Origin: Psammoneis japonica
Taxonomy: Eukaryota
Assembly (NCBI GenBank): GCA_008632985.1
Contig: QPGO01000005.1
Span: forward strand, 124,001 to 188,000
Length of the DNA: 64,000 nucleotides
Direction of reading: 5' to 3'
The translations under genes and the position numbers were made by a program. The notes beneath the pieces are model-generated. The model saw nothing but the letters and a program-made list of their open reading frames with translations. It made no database searches and was not told where the DNA came from. Below, in pieces: positions 22,976 through 36,600 of this stretch (within the stretch, counting starts at the first letter, position 1; each line of letters begins with the position of its first letter).

Positions 22976-24337
22976 TTACTTGTGCTCCTTCATCCAAGCG
23001 TTGTAATCCGATAATTGCTTTCTCAACGCTGCTTCATCGACACCGAGCTCTCTGAGAGATCTGTTTACTGTGTATTTTTTCGTTGTCTTTTGCAACGGAG
23101 TGAACTCGGGAGCTTCTCTTTCCAGCAATTGACGATAGATGAGCTTCATGGTGCGCTCGAAATCCTTAACAAATGAATCGAAACGAACCGCCAGGCTATG
23201 CTCATGATCGCCATTGTACCACTCCATTTCTCGTTCACAATAACGTTTTTCAATTTCCACAAATGAAGCAGTTAGCCAGTTCCAGTTAGGCTGCCTGCCC
23301 TGCCACAGCGTGGGATTTACAGCCATGTAATTTATGCCGCTTTGTATTCGGGAAAGAGGATCACGAAGGATTGCTAAGAACCGGGCGTCGGGGTATTTTT
23401 TCGTCAATGCTGGTGCACTCGACAAAAAGTGACCTTTCAGCAGAAATGTTTGATCAGGCGTTGCCTTGTAAAACATCAAGGTCTTTTTCGCGAGACGATC
23501 CACAAGGTTCACGAAACAGTCTTCAAACAAATGCCGATTGTGTGGAGCATACTCAGCTGCATTGAATTCCTTTACCGTGATGGAAGGACCCATTCGCAGA
23601 GCCAGTCCATTCAGGTGTGAACTCAAAAAGGATCCGTCAAACGTGTCAATTGCAAACGGATCATTGTCATGACGCTCCAGGCATTCTTTTGGAAAATTCT
23701 TCATGAGGCGTCCCTTTGCTTCCTCCTTGGTCAATCCATCCTCTGTTATCCACACAATTAAATTCCAAAACCACAAATAAGGAAAATTGCACATGGCTGC
23801 GTTTGGCGCCACCAAAAACTCATCCTGTACGAGGGAGCGAGCCATTTGTGTTGATGCACTTCGGTAGGCAGACACGACGAAAAGAGGTTTCTCAACAGCC
23901 AGTTCGTCCATTTGTCGGCCGTACAAGATTTCATCAAGCAACCAGCAGAAACCGGCGAAGGGAGATGTTACGGTATGCTGCATAATGATCATGGTAAATT
24001 CGAGCTTTGCTGTGAAAGAGAAGTCTTTGGACGACCACGTGTAGCGGAGGTAACGAACAGCTTGGCTAACGTACACCATTCTCGGAGGCCTTCCGTATAC
24101 AATCGAAAGCGAATAGGTAAGGATCCAAAAAGGGAGAGAAAGAAGCGCGAATAGTAGTAGCTTGAGCAGGGAAGATGTAAGCCTGAGGATCCCAACAGAT
24201 TCAGAAGGTTGAGATTCAACAGCATCTTGCGTGTTGCTGGACCTGCTAGTCGAAGATACCGTTCTGACGGCACCACCGCCTGCCGAGCTTTTAGACGATC
24301 TCTCCTTTTGTATCTTTCGTTGTTTTAGTTTACCCAT
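22976..24337 (-). CDS. Sulfotransferase family protein (P-loop type, N-terminal membrane anchor)
   Basis: PLFVVSAYRSAST (5'-PSB-like), LLKGH, YPDARFLAILRDPLSRIQS (3'-PB). Confidence 0.85.
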   Translation of the reverse strand: MGKLKQRKIQKERSSKSSAGGGAVRTVSSTSRSSNTQDAVESQPSESVGILRLTSSLLKLLLFALLSLPFWILTYSLSIVYGRPPRMVYVSQAVRYLRYTWSSKDFSFTAKLEFTMIIMQHTVTSPFAGFCWLLDEILYGRQMDELAVEKPLFVVSAYRSASTQMARSLVQDEFLVAPNAAMCNFPYLWFWNLIVWITEDGLTKEEAKGRLMKNFPKECLERHDNDPFAIDTFDGSFLSSHLNGLALRMGPSITVKEFNAAEYAPHNRHLFEDCFVNLVDRLAKKTLMFYKATPDQTFLLKGHFLSSAPALTKKYPDARFLAILRDPLSRIQSGINYMAVNPTLWQGRQPNWNWLTASFVEIEKRYCEREMEWYNGDHEHSLAVRFDSFVKDFERTMKLIYRQLLEREAPEFTPLQKTTKKYTVNRSLRELGVDEAALRKQLSDYNAWMKEHK

Positions 24338-24608
24338 CGCTCTCACTTGTGTTCTTAACGTGGGTTGCTTTTAATGCCTTTTGCGTTACGGCTGCGTCCC
24401 TTTCATTTTTTTTTCATTTTATCTCCGCCTGTCCGTGGACTCGCGTCGGAGGGAGAATTTTGAAATTTTGCACGTGGCAGTCTGAAAAACCACAACACGC
24501 CTACACCAACACACTAAACACAACACGACGAACCATCGAGTTCGAGAAGCGAGATAAAGGCAAACGTACGTTCGATAGCGAAACGGCTTCGGGTTGAATC
24601 AATCTACA

Positions 24609-25497
24609 ATGTACTTCGTTTCGCTTCTCATCACGTTGGGCATTCAGGTTGGTGGCTTCGCTATTGCGTACCCACTGCAGACTGAAAAGTTCTATGATAT
24701 TCTGGGTGGTGTGAACTACATCGTCCTCGCCGCATACTCCTTTCTGGCGTCTCGACAAGATAATGAATCTTGGGAGACAAGAAAATTTGCAATGACTCTG
24801 GTATTTGTGGTTTCTCGTCTCTGGCTTTGTTGTTCTTGACTTGGAGAGCTCACGAACGCAAAGGCGATGCAAGATTTGACAAGATCAAACCAAATTTCGC
24901 CTACTTTCTTGTTGTCTGGCTCGTTCAAGGAATGTGGGTGTTCTTCATATCGACACCGCTCCTCTATGTCAATGCGTCAACTAGCAAAACTGAGGAACCC
25001 TTGTCATTGTTTGAAATAGTATCTCTCGGAGGCTTTGCGTCTGGTGTCTCATCGAAATTGCAGGGGATATACAAAAGGCACGATGGGTAAAGGAAGGGCG
25101 TGTTGGTGGGTTCTGCACCCGAGGATTGTGGAATTTCTCTCGTCATCCAAATTACTTTGGCGAGATCTTTCAGTGGTGGTGCGCCTTTCTGTTCGCTTTT
25201 GGTTGTTCAGAGGATGGCCTAGCCGATCCCTTATGGTGGTGTTGTAGCGTCAGTCCTCTCTTTACTATGCAGGTCTTGCTATTCATGTCTGGAACCGGGG
25301 TATCAAATGCTGAAGGGAAGAATCTGAAGCGGTACTATGACAAGTGCCCTGAGGACTATGCTGCATATAGGGAAAGCACGTCAGTGTTGATCCCCATGGT
25401 TGGTTACCAAAAGGTTCCATTATTTTTGAAACGTACCATCTTTCTGGACTTTGAACGCTACGAATACAAGCCAAGGAGCGAATCAAAAACAGAGTAG
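24609..25497 (+). CDS. DUF1295 / steroid 5-alpha-reductase-like membrane protein (apparent frameshifts)
   Basis: EKFYDILG, GDARFDKIK, GLWNFSRHPNYFGEIFQWW spread over adjacent frames. Confidence 0.88.
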
Positions 25498-25751
25498 TTT
25501 GACACTAGGGAATGGTGCAGGATGGATAATCGAGATGCATGATGCAGCCATCAAAGGGTTGGAAAAGCGTCTACCATACACGTTGGTCGCAAACGAGACA
25601 TTCATGAAGTCATGCGAGCAAGGTGTTCAAAATCTTCTTGACGCCGCATCTACTTATTGGCAGGGAGAAGACTCAGTCTCATGCTAGCTAGTCGAAACGT
25701 AAATCTTGCGGAAAATAGGATTTAACTTTTTAAATGCGTCCGATAAGAAAT

Positions 25752-27511
25752 TTATGAGAGTGATGGTTGACTCTTGAGAACTGAACGCAATTTGAACATG
25801 CTTGCGGTTGCAAGTGCTAATGCACCGGTAGAGATGCCAAGAGCTCCGGAGAGTCCAAGGCGTTTGATTGACAGGAACACGGATACAACAAGAACATTCA
25901 AAGGGATTCCGAATAAGTTCATAATGACCGACCTGTGCGAGTCGGGGACGTACTTGCTTCGCAGAGTGCCGATGGATGGAAAGTACATACCTACACACGC
26001 TTCAAAAGCGAAGAATCCCGCGACCAAGGATGCAAGAGGCATTGCAGAGGAAGATGCTGCCATTGTGGCAACGCCCATGGCTAACGTAGCTGAAGTCAGC
26101 ATTAGCGAGGTAGACTTCTCTGTCGAAACCGACATTTTCACCAGCTGGCCAAAAAGAGTGGAACCCAAAAGACAACATGCCATGAAACACGAAAAAATAG
26201 TACCATACGGAGTCGTTGCACTTTCCCCAAAGTGAGCGGCAATGGCACGAGCAATCGCAGGAGGCCACTGCAGGACAAAAATATACATGGCAGCTTCAAA
26301 CAAGCTCTGCACTCCGCCCACCAACATGATTTTGGGATCATCTTTTACGACTTCAATTGCTTCTTTGATGGATGGCTTGGTTTCATCACCGTTGACCTTG
26401 GACGCTACATTTTCTTGCCACAGCAAGGCTGCCAAGACACCGCCGGCAGCCAAGAAGGCAATTGATAAGTCGAACGGTCCGGTTGGTCCATTTGCAGCAG
26501 CTGCGGCCCCGGCGAGCTGTCCAGCAAGAATGGCAACAATTGAATCACCAGCATATGCCTAACATAACAAGTGTCCGTAAACGATGAGTTTGTAGACCGA
26601 TTTGTGCGAGACAGGGCAGCGAACACCTGGTCTTGGCAAGCTACGGTGAAGATACTTACCATGCCAAAAGTCTCTCCCAAATAAGATCCATCCGGATCAT
26701 CTCCACTCTTCTGAGATTCCCCAACAAGCCAGGCTTCGGGTGCACTAAACAAGAGACTAGTACCAATGCCGCTCGCGATACGCCCGAGAAACAGAACCGC
26801 TAGGATTGGGCTCTTTGTGCTTGCAGCGCCGAGAGCGTACAGAATAGAAAATGCAAGGGTGCCCTTCTTGCGTCCATAAGTGTCTGCAGCACGTCCTACC
26901 AACGGACCAAAGATAGCGGTTGATGCGAAACCCGTCAAAAACAGTTTGCTGACAAGTCCTAGCGAAGCCTGGACCCCATTGAACACCTTGGAGGCGTATA
27001 CTTGGTAAAAGTACGGGCCCTGCAACCAATCCGCACAGCGCAACAACCAAAAGACACTCAGAAACCGCCACTGAAGAGATTTCACACTAGATGGCTTTTC
27101 AGTAGAGCTCTTTTTCGCTATATCCTTTCCACCAGAGGAACGTTGTATAATTTTTAGCGTGGTAGTGGCCAGAGCCAAGGAGATTAGGGCGGCGTTGAAC
27201 AACGAGGATGGTGTCTCAGAAGCTCCAGATATTTTGGAGATTAATCCTGATAGTGCATTCCCGGAGCCTGCTGCTTCAAGGGCACCGCCTCGGGCCATGT
27301 TCAGCGTCGTGGAGACACCGTGCTTACCCCGAACATCGAAACCAGGAGAAAAGGGGCGCAACCCAGGTCGTTTGAAAGGAATGTCAACATTAGCCCCATG
27401 ATGATAGGAATTTCCTGCAGGCAATTGTACCGTAGCGAATGCATCTACTGCAGACATTGTTTTCGATGCCAGGGCTGCCAGAGTTACAATAGCAATGTTG
27501 GAAACGACCAT
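25752..27511 (-). CDS. MFS molybdate-anion transporter (MOT2/MFSD5-like), intron 26559-26659, bipartite presequence
   Basis: ADWLQGPYFYQVY, GIGTSLLFSAPEAW, QSLFEAAMYIFVLQW, FEACVGMYFPSIGTLRSKYVP; N-terminus ...VDAFAT. Confidence 0.92.
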
Positions 27512-27877
27512 TGTCGATTCCTCTTTTGTTTTTGACGTCGTGTGACGTCTGGCTGATAGTTGTTGACCTTTGATACCTCCGCGATCTTGTCTCGGATGCA
27601 AGTTTTCGTGTGCGGAAGTCCTTCAAAGTTGTGTCTTGCAGTCGTCAGCTGGAGACGGCTGAAGGACAGACGAGACGCACCCACAAAAATTAAGAAATTG
27701 AAAATGACGCCGAAAGAACGCTGAAAGCCGTCGCTGTTCTCGCAATCTACTTCTTATCCACTATGCAGAGTCCATTATTTATGAAAGAGTTTAATATATG
27801 ATACAGATTGATATGAAATAGAAATGATGTGTGATATGAAAGAAACGACAACTTCGGACCAACTGCAACGTCGAAAA

Positions 27878-30162
27878 TCACGATCCCCAACAAAAGAGTG
27901 GGAGGATAAAGGAGAGGCAAAGAATTGCAGCAACCGCTGTACTCAAATGGAAGGTATCAAAAGCTTCGCTGCTATCCTCCGTCAAAGTGGTGCCACCACA
28001 CATGCCGCCTTGCTGTTCTTCGGGAAGCTCACCAACATGGTAGATTCGCATCATCTCGTGATCTTCGTGAGCTAGAATGTGACAATGCCAGTTGAAGCGT
28101 CCAGGCTTGTCAAACTTGGCGCGAATCGTTGTAATCTGGCCAGGGAGAGCCACGATAACGTCACGCGGGAAGTTTTCGACGTATTCGGGAAGCGTGGCTT
28201 CATCAATGGGGTCACCTACCGTCGGGTTCACCACACGATAGCCTTCACCCATGGAGCCGTCGTGTTGAACCAGCGGCATGTCGGTGGTGTAAGTCCCATC
28301 GCCAGCTGCCTCATCAAGTCGACTGGGTTCAATCTCTCCTTCAATAGAGCTAGTATCGTACTTGATTTCTGCCCTGCCTACGAGGACGAACTTGACCATA
28401 TGCAAATGAATGGGATGGGCATCCCCAGACAAGTTCCAGATTTCCCAGTCTTCAGTAGCACCGAGCTTGATGTTCTCTGTCGTGGGCGAATGCCACGCCG
28501 CTGTGCCATTCATTTGACCAATCAAGCCAGCATCTCGATATTTTTGGTTGTCGGGCCAACAAATAGGGTCACCATTCATGTCCGTAGCCGGGTCAACGGT
28601 GCCCAGCAGAGGCTGCAAACGCCTGAACTGGTCATGACCTTCAAACAGCCCCAGACGGCGCGTGTTATCGGCAACTTCTTGACTGCGTTGGGGCTGAGTC
28701 GGCGCGTCGGGTAGTTCGTAGTCATCCGGGACAGAGCTAAGCGGAAGGACCACATCAAAGGCCATTATCTTGTCGGTATGCTCGAAACCGACAGTGCCCG
28801 GGATGTCACCTCCAAAGGGCTCGTCACCACCGATATTCTTGAAGACCAAACGTCTACCTTCAAAATCCTTGAAGTTAACAATTACGTCATATCGCCCCGA
28901 CGGCTCAAAGACGAGGGTACTGACTTGGGTCGGTTCCGAGGCAAATCCCTGGTCGCCACCAATGACAAGAAAGGCACAGCCGTGGTGGCGTTGTCAAAGG
29001 ATTTTTCTCCCAAAGCAACGGAAAAGAGTTGAAGGACCATGAAGCGACTATCGCAGCCATTTAGCAACCGTAGGCGGTAGTTGCGAGGCTCGACATCAGC
29101 CTTTGGCCAAATCTTTCTGTACAAGTCGCAAGCAAGCAAGTTTTTACTATTTGTAAGTCCACATTACACTTCAAACGCATTTTAATGGCAATGTACAGAC
29201 AACATTACTCACCCATTGACCGTCATGAAGTCACCAAACATTTCCGCCAGTGCCGTGGGATCGTCATCGCTGATTTCGGCTTCCTCTTGGACGATGAAGT
29301 CATCATAAAATGGATCACCATTGAACGCCGGATAAAACAGTTCCCCGTTCTCCTTGAACATGCGATCTTGGACCACGAGAGGTAACTCATAGGGAAAGGC
29401 GGGCAGTTTCAATGGATTATCGGTTTTGCCCGTGTCTTGGTCGTCTCTGATAATGTAAAAACCGGCCATTCCGGCATACACGTTGAGTCGGGTGATGCCG
29501 AGTGCATGGTCATGGTACCAAATGCAGCTTGCCGATTGCTTATTATCGTAGAAATAGGCTTCTTGGTTCCACTGTGGTCCCTTGATGGCAAACTCGGGCG
29601 TGAAGAAGTACTCGGGGTTACCGTCGGAAGTATCATCTGTGTGGCCACCGTGCAAGTGGGGCACGATGGGGGTGCCGTCTTGCGGGATCGCGAAGCCTTC
29701 GTACCCTTCGAGGCTGTAGCACCAGTGAAAACTAGTGTCGACCACAGATTGACCAGAATAGTCGCCGAGGGCCCCGTTGTCCTTACCGGTCAAGAGGAAA
29801 CCATTTTCAATTGGGAGGCGATTGTGCCACGTGACACTCAAACCTTGATCTTTGAGCACCTGAAAAGTCTTTCCTGGCCAGGTGTAGACACCGTCCTGGC
29901 CATAACCCCAAATCTTGGTAATCAACGGAGCTGTGGCGTTCTTGGGATCAATGAGACTGGTCTCTGCTGTGCCTTCACCGACGGACACTTCGATGTCTTG
30001 GCTAGAAGCGGTGTCGTAGACAAAGCTCGGATCCAAGGGATTTGGCACATAAACCTCAAACCGGGGCTGCAAATCAGGATCCAATAAACCAACGCTTGCC
30101 GGAGTTGCCCTCGTAGAGCATATGAAAGAGCACAGAAGGGATCCTGGTAAGAACTTGCTCAT
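27878..30162 (-). CDS. Multicopper oxidase (CotA/bilirubin-oxidase-like); intron ~29119-29210, one apparent frameshift near 28950
   Basis: All four Cu motifs: HLHGGH, WYHDH, HPIHLH, HCHILAHEDHEMM; hydrophobic C-terminal tail. Confidence 0.93.
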
Positions 30163-30619
30163 CGTCGAAACCGCCATCAGCGTGAAAAAGTGAACCGATT
30201 GTGAGAGGGTGCTGTCAACTTGAGAAGGGTGCAGATCATGGTACATCATACATAGTGTAGAGCGCCTACGGCACTCTACTTAGCTATACTAATAGTACAT
30301 TTTGTACTACTGGTACATAACTCTACGTGGTATAAGTGTCAAGTTGAATTTCGGGATGTGCAATGAGAACCCTCGTATTTAATAATCGTGAATGGCACGT
30401 GTCATGATAGCTAATCGCTTTACTCATTCATTGGATAGTATTTCCCTCTCTTCATTTACACTATCGATTTTAAAGTACTTTTGAAAATATGCTGCCTGCC
30501 ACAAGCGTTATTCATACTTTTATCCAACCTCGCCATCATGATTCTTCTATTCTTCCCACATTGCTTCCCTAATGCATTCAAATTCCCGAATGTTTGTCAA
30601 CCTAAAGTCCCGCAAAATT

Positions 30620-33600
30620 TCACGCATGTCGCATGCTGCAGTCATGTCATGTGCAGACACAAAAATTCAAATTGATGTTCTCATGCACAAATGAACTCTT
30701 GGCCATGACACAAACTCTGCCCCCTGGATCTTCTTGTGCGTTGATGTTCCTCCACCTGAGCCCTGCTTCTTGCCCAGTCAATTCCCAAAATGCTGCCTTG
30801 GGAATCTGTGGTTGTGTGGTTCTCAGAGAAATGCAACAGCCACCCAATTTTTGTTTGCTCTCCGGGGAGAGGGGCCAAGTTTGGGTGCAACCCAGCTCCA
30901 TGTTGCCGCTGCCAACAAAAACACTTGGGAAGCTCGCACTTGTGAAAAAATGCTTGCCCTGCATCTGGGTGTCTTTTTTGGCAGCTCTCCTCTGGATCCT
31001 TTGTTTTGAGGGTTTCTTTGCCCACCCTTCCTTTTGCAGCTGTGTAAAAGGGGAGGAGAGCCTGCCTGTGCAGCACTGAAGATGTCTTCACAGCCACCTC
31101 TTCTTCACAGCACTGCCTCACTTTAGCCTTGTCCTTTTTTCATCACTCTTGATGATCAGCACTGGCACTTGTGTGTCTCTTCACTCATGTTGCTGCCCCC
31201 ACCCGCTGCACCAGCTTTTACAGCCCAGTGGCTGCCATCATTGTGGGCCTCCTGTCAGCGCTGCTGCACTCACCTTGTCAGAAGCAAGGTGTGCCCGCTG
31301 CTGAGGTGGAATCTGGCTGTTTTTCTCCGCTGCATGCACAGGCTCTGAGCATGAGCAACATTTCCTTGGCTGCCATTGATGCCCATCATGTCCTTGGCAT
31401 TGTTGTCTTCATTTAAGGAGTTTGCCACCTGCAGCGGGGGAAGCATGGGATGTTGTGCCCCAGATCACCAGGGAGCAGGTGCGTGCTTCTGAGCCAGAGA
31501 CAGAATTTGAAGCACATGCTGTGCTCAGCCATCATTGCAAGTTTGAACAATTTGGGGTTGAAATTGAGGGAATTGTGGTGCAATGGAAATTGCCTGGGTG
31601 TGGTGGAGGGTGGAAGGAGTGGTTTGTGATGATGGTGTGTAAAAGGGAGAGCCTGCAGTGCGCAGACAAGCCATCTGGGTGAGGAACAAGCAGTGGTGGG
31701 ACAGCAAAGGAGCAAAGATTGGCAGCAGGTGGACAGGTATTTGGAGAGGGTGAGGCCAATGTCAAGACTGAGAAGCTGGGCCACCACCCAGGATTGAGGA
31801 GCAGAAGAGAAACAGGACATCCAAAGTGGTTGTGGGAGAGTTGTCTCAAGGGCACCTTGGCCTGCGTGAGTGGGTCAAGTGGAGAAAGTGGAGAAGACTG
31901 GCACGCCAAGAAGGAATCCTGAGAGTTGAAAAAGTTGGGGGGAGTGCTCCAAAATTGCTTGGGAGGTGGGAGTGGGAGAGAAGCCAAGATGCTGGCAGAG
32001 TGACCAAATGAAACTGCATGAAAATGGTGCCCCATGCTGCCCAGACAATCAAGGGTGAAGGGGAGGAGGAAGATGCTGGCTTGATCAATGGCAGCAACAG
32101 CAGAAGAGATGTGAAAGGAGTGGGTGCTAAAGCCAAGAGCTTGTCCTGGGTGCTGCTGAGGCAAGCTTTGGAAAGAAGATTGAAAGGGGCAGGCCACAAG
32201 CTGGGTCAGGATGGGGAGGAGCAGGCAAAAAATCAATGGCAAGAAAAATGTGCACAGAAGGAGCACTGGGAGGGCTGGAGCCAGAGATGAACTGAGCACC
32301 AATGTTGGCGGGGAATGTTTGAGTGGGTGGTCTTTCTGCAAAATCTGGCTGTTCTTTGACTGTCACCACACATGACAATGACAAAAGGGGCAACAAAAGC
32401 AAAAACTCTCCTCATCAGCTTGGCCACAGCCTCAAAAATGAGCAGCTTCTTTGAAAGCTGGTCAATGTCCTGAAGCTGCTTTCTCAAAAACTCAAAATGT
32501 TTGTGTTTCCAGGCAGGGCACTGACCCACAATGCAGCCCATGCCTGCACACTGCCGCCACCATTCATGGCTCCTCTCTTTGAAAGCTGCAAGATTGACAA
32601 CAACACCGGATGTGGTGCAAGGTGCCAAGGGTTGTTCTGAGAACTGCTCTTTTTTTGTGAATGAGACTCAGACTTGAACTGGGTGCTGACCTGCAGCCAA
32701 TGGATGGGCCAAAAGCAGTGGCTGACTCTTTCCTGGAGGCATCCAGGGATTTCTCAACTCTGTTTTTAAATGCTCCTTTTAGGCTCCTCCACATGCACTG
32801 CTTTGGCTGCTCTCTCACCTGTCTGTGTGGAACAAACTCCCTCCCTGCCCCACCCACACTGCAAGAACTGCGATTGTGCACAGTGCAGTGATCTAACTGG
32901 CAAGGCACCACCAGCAGCAGCACCACTGCCCCCCTTGTTCTCAACCAAAGTTTGTGCTGCAGCACACAACACTGTTGGCCTGCCTTTGTGGTGCACAGGC
33001 ACTCAGCATGGTGTGCAGGCTGATTGTGGTGGGCTGCACAGAGGCATCCTCTTGACACAGGCCAGGGCATTGAAAGAAAGAGGGGGTGGGTGGGGTGGCA
33101 ATGCTGACTTCAAAGGCAGCAGAAGAGGCGCAGCTTGTGCTGTGGCAGCTCTGCTGACAGAGACATTGGAGCGTGCGTTGTAGCAATCCAGACCACGTTG
33201 CAGCACATCATTGTTTCAAACCTTGACAGTTGTGTGTGTGGTGATAAATTTTTGCATGAAAGACAAAAAAAAAACATTGCTGTTGCACCCCACCATGTCC
33301 CATGAGACAAAACCTTCAACCATGAAAATGCACCCCATTTCCCCTTCAGCATGCCTGCCTTTTTAACCTGCAGACTTCGACATTCAAAAGCCTTTTGACA
33401 AAAACAATTTGCACCGACACACATGATCAATGTCAATTCTGGAATGTGCAGCACAAGTTGTTTGTCATCAATGGCATGAATGGCTCTCAATGAACACAAA
33501 ATTCCTTTGTTCCTGGTTTGCAAATGTTTTTGATGAACTCTGACACATTGCTTTGCTGTTTTCCATTCCAGCATCAACAATGGGCTCTGCTCCCCCTCTG

Positions 33601-36600
33601 CACCAGAGTTTGCCCAATTTCTGCACCTTCTTCATCCTCGCTTCCTGCTCCACTTCCTTTTTCCTCATCTTTGCTGTCCTTCTTGCCCCTGTTCTTTTCC
33701 ATTTCCTCTTCCTTGTCCTCCTTGTCATCACCAGAAAGCTCTGTTGTTGTCCGTTTTCTTGCCTCCTCCTTCTCCACTGGCATTTTCTTCTTTTTTGCTC
33801 CCTTGCCCTTTTCATTGCTCTCCCTCTTCTTGCTGCCACTGCAACATGTGTGTCAAGCTTGCCCTGTCCTCCTTCACTTGCACAAGCAGGATGTTGAACC
33901 GCAATGTTTCCTTCATCATTCCATGAGTTGCGCTGTTGCCTTGGGTCCACGCACTTGGGTGCTGGTTTCAACTCCTCCTCCTCCTTGTTCCCTGTGTCTT
34001 CCCCCCTCCAACAGTTTTCTCATGCAGGGCCTTGTGCTCCCAATTCTTCCAGCAGTTTTCCAATGTCAAAAACCCCAGAGCCTCGTTGTTGCTTGCTGCA
34101 GTTAGATCTGGAGCCTTGGTCTCACCCAACTCCAGCTTCTTTCTCCACACTGCAGTGCTCTTCGTAAATTTTAGGACATTGTTGCAGAACCATGCACATG
34201 CTTCCTTTTGTCACTTTGCTTCTCCTCCACAATTGTGCCCACTGTCTGCTCCTCCCAAGTTGCCAGGAATGATTCTTCATCCGCCACTTGATCCTTCTTC
34301 TTCCTCTTCCCTCTTTGTTTTTTGGTGGCAGCTTTCTTGTTCTGACTGTGCAACTCCTTGACTTGCTGCTCTGGCATCACGACTGCACCAAAGAATGGCA
34401 CTGTCAAGTGTCGCCACACTCAACATGCCATGCATCACAAAACACTTGCCAGCCATCATGTTCTTCTGCATCGTCTAGGTGATGGTGTTCCTTTTTGCAT
34501 CAACTGCATTTGTGGTGCACTTCTTTGCCCAGTCTTCCCATGATGCTGCCCAGTTTTGCTTGCTGAAATTGCCACCAGCTGTCTTTTTCTGAATGAGCCG
34601 CAACACTTTGCCACTGCTGGCCATGTCTGCCTTGACAAGGAACTTTGCCTTTGGGGGTGGCTCTCTCCATGCCACCTCTTTAATCTCTTTCTTCATGGAC
34701 TGGTCATCATCATCCAAATTTCATTCCGGTGACAGGAACGACTGCCAATTCCTCTGTGATGATGGGTTGGCAGTGCTCCGATTCATCAAACCCATCAACG
34801 ACTTCATCAATTTAAGACTCCTTGGATGATGATTTGTGATGTGCGGGCTCTGATTCATCACTGTCATCGTTGATGGAGGATTCCTTCAACAGCAATTTTA
34901 ATTCATTGTTGGCAACAACTCCATGAGGTGCCAAGAATTTGTCACTGTCATCGTCAATGGCAGATTGTTCCTCAGACAATGAGTTTGGTTCATTGTCAGC
35001 AATTTGCCACTGTCGTCGTCAGTTGGAGTTTTCTCCAACATTGAGTTTGATTTGTTGTCAGCAACAACTCCATTGGCAACCAAATTTGACACATCTGAGG
35101 TGACAACTTGGCTGGTGCACACCTTGTAAAGGTTTGGGTCTGCATCAACACACTCTGCCATTTGATGCTCTGTGAATCCACATGCCTTGCACAGACACTG
35201 ACCAGAGGGAAGGAAGGTGAAGAGGTCTTGTCCAGAACAGGGACCACGGAACACATGATCGAACATGCAGGTGCAACGATTGTCAGCATTTTACAAAGCT
35301 TGTGCTCCGTTCCATTCCAATCATGCTCTTTGGTGCCAGTCTCTGAAGATGTGCATGTTGGTGCATGAGTGGCTGTTTTTCCAGTTGGATGTGCTCCATT
35401 TGTGCAGCAGCTCCGGAATTGAACACAGGATGCACCATGTCATTCAGACCTGGATGGTCCTTGACTGCAACAGTGGCTGGCACCAGACATTGCAGCACTG
35501 ACATGAGATGAATCTTGCTGAAATCTGCTCCCAGTGTGCCCAGACATTGCAGGCAGCCTTGCAGCATTGTTCCATCAAATTGGGACAGAACTCTTCTGTG
35601 CTTGCATTGTCGTTTGTCCAAAGCAGCAGTGCACAGATTTCATCCATGATGAGGTCCACCAGTGAAAACATGAAGACCGCATGTGGCCTTGGGTTTGGCT
35701 GATTTGGTGGAGCCGGGCTCCTTTGGATGATGCGACCACCCAGCACAACCAAACTTTGTTCTTCGTTTGTTGCCGGACTCAACTGCAACCCATCCAATGC
35801 GTTTTGGGTTTAACTCGCCCTTCAACAAAACAAAAAGCAGAAGGGCAGGAATGCACACACGAAGACACCCAAAGTGGGCTTTGTGCAGAGCATTTGCTTG
35901 TTGGGCAATGGAGATTTCCTCCAAGCAGTGTTCCAGGTTGGGAGGGTGCTTGGCTTGGACACGGGAGGCAGTGGTGGTTTCACTCGAGGGAGTTTTGTTG
36001 GAGAGTGTGTGCCAGTTTTCCCGCAAGTTGTCTGCCAGGTAAAAGTCAGCAGCAGAATGATGCAGCACACACTCAGTGTTGGTGGCCTTGTCAATGATGT
36101 GCAGGTGCAACACATGGGTGGCAACTTCCTCCGAGGTGACAGATCAACAAGGTTGGAAGGTTGGCGGTGAGAGTGTGGTTGGCCTCCCTGGACGATGGCA
36201 CATCACCAGACAATGAAGGAGGTGCCAGGTTTGAGCATGATGCGGTCTTGGCTTTCTTGTTGGGGATGGACAAGGAAGGCTCTGGTGGGGCACACAAAGT
36301 CAAGGGGGGAAAGGATCCATGAGACAAAAGATGCAGGCAGGCAATGAAGGCAAGGGGGGGCACTTGCCATCATGCAAACAGGTGCCATCTTTGCAGATCC
36401 TCCTGATTTTGCATTTGGTTTTGGATTTGTGCTCTTGTTTGTCATCGTCTTCCAGGTGGTTGGCCCTCTGACCATGCACTCTGCAATGAAGCATTGTGAG
36501 CTGCTTGCTGCACCCAGGTTGCACACCAGGTTGCTTCTTGGTTCAGTGCTTCCCAAATTCATGACTCGACATGGAATTGATTTTTTCTTCATGCACCTCC

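Noticed and set aside
28079..28714. Long antisense ORFs over real genes (also 29437-30087, 52097-52618, 56330-56938)
   Set aside because: Shadow ORFs of motif-bearing genes on the opposite strand, with no independent features.
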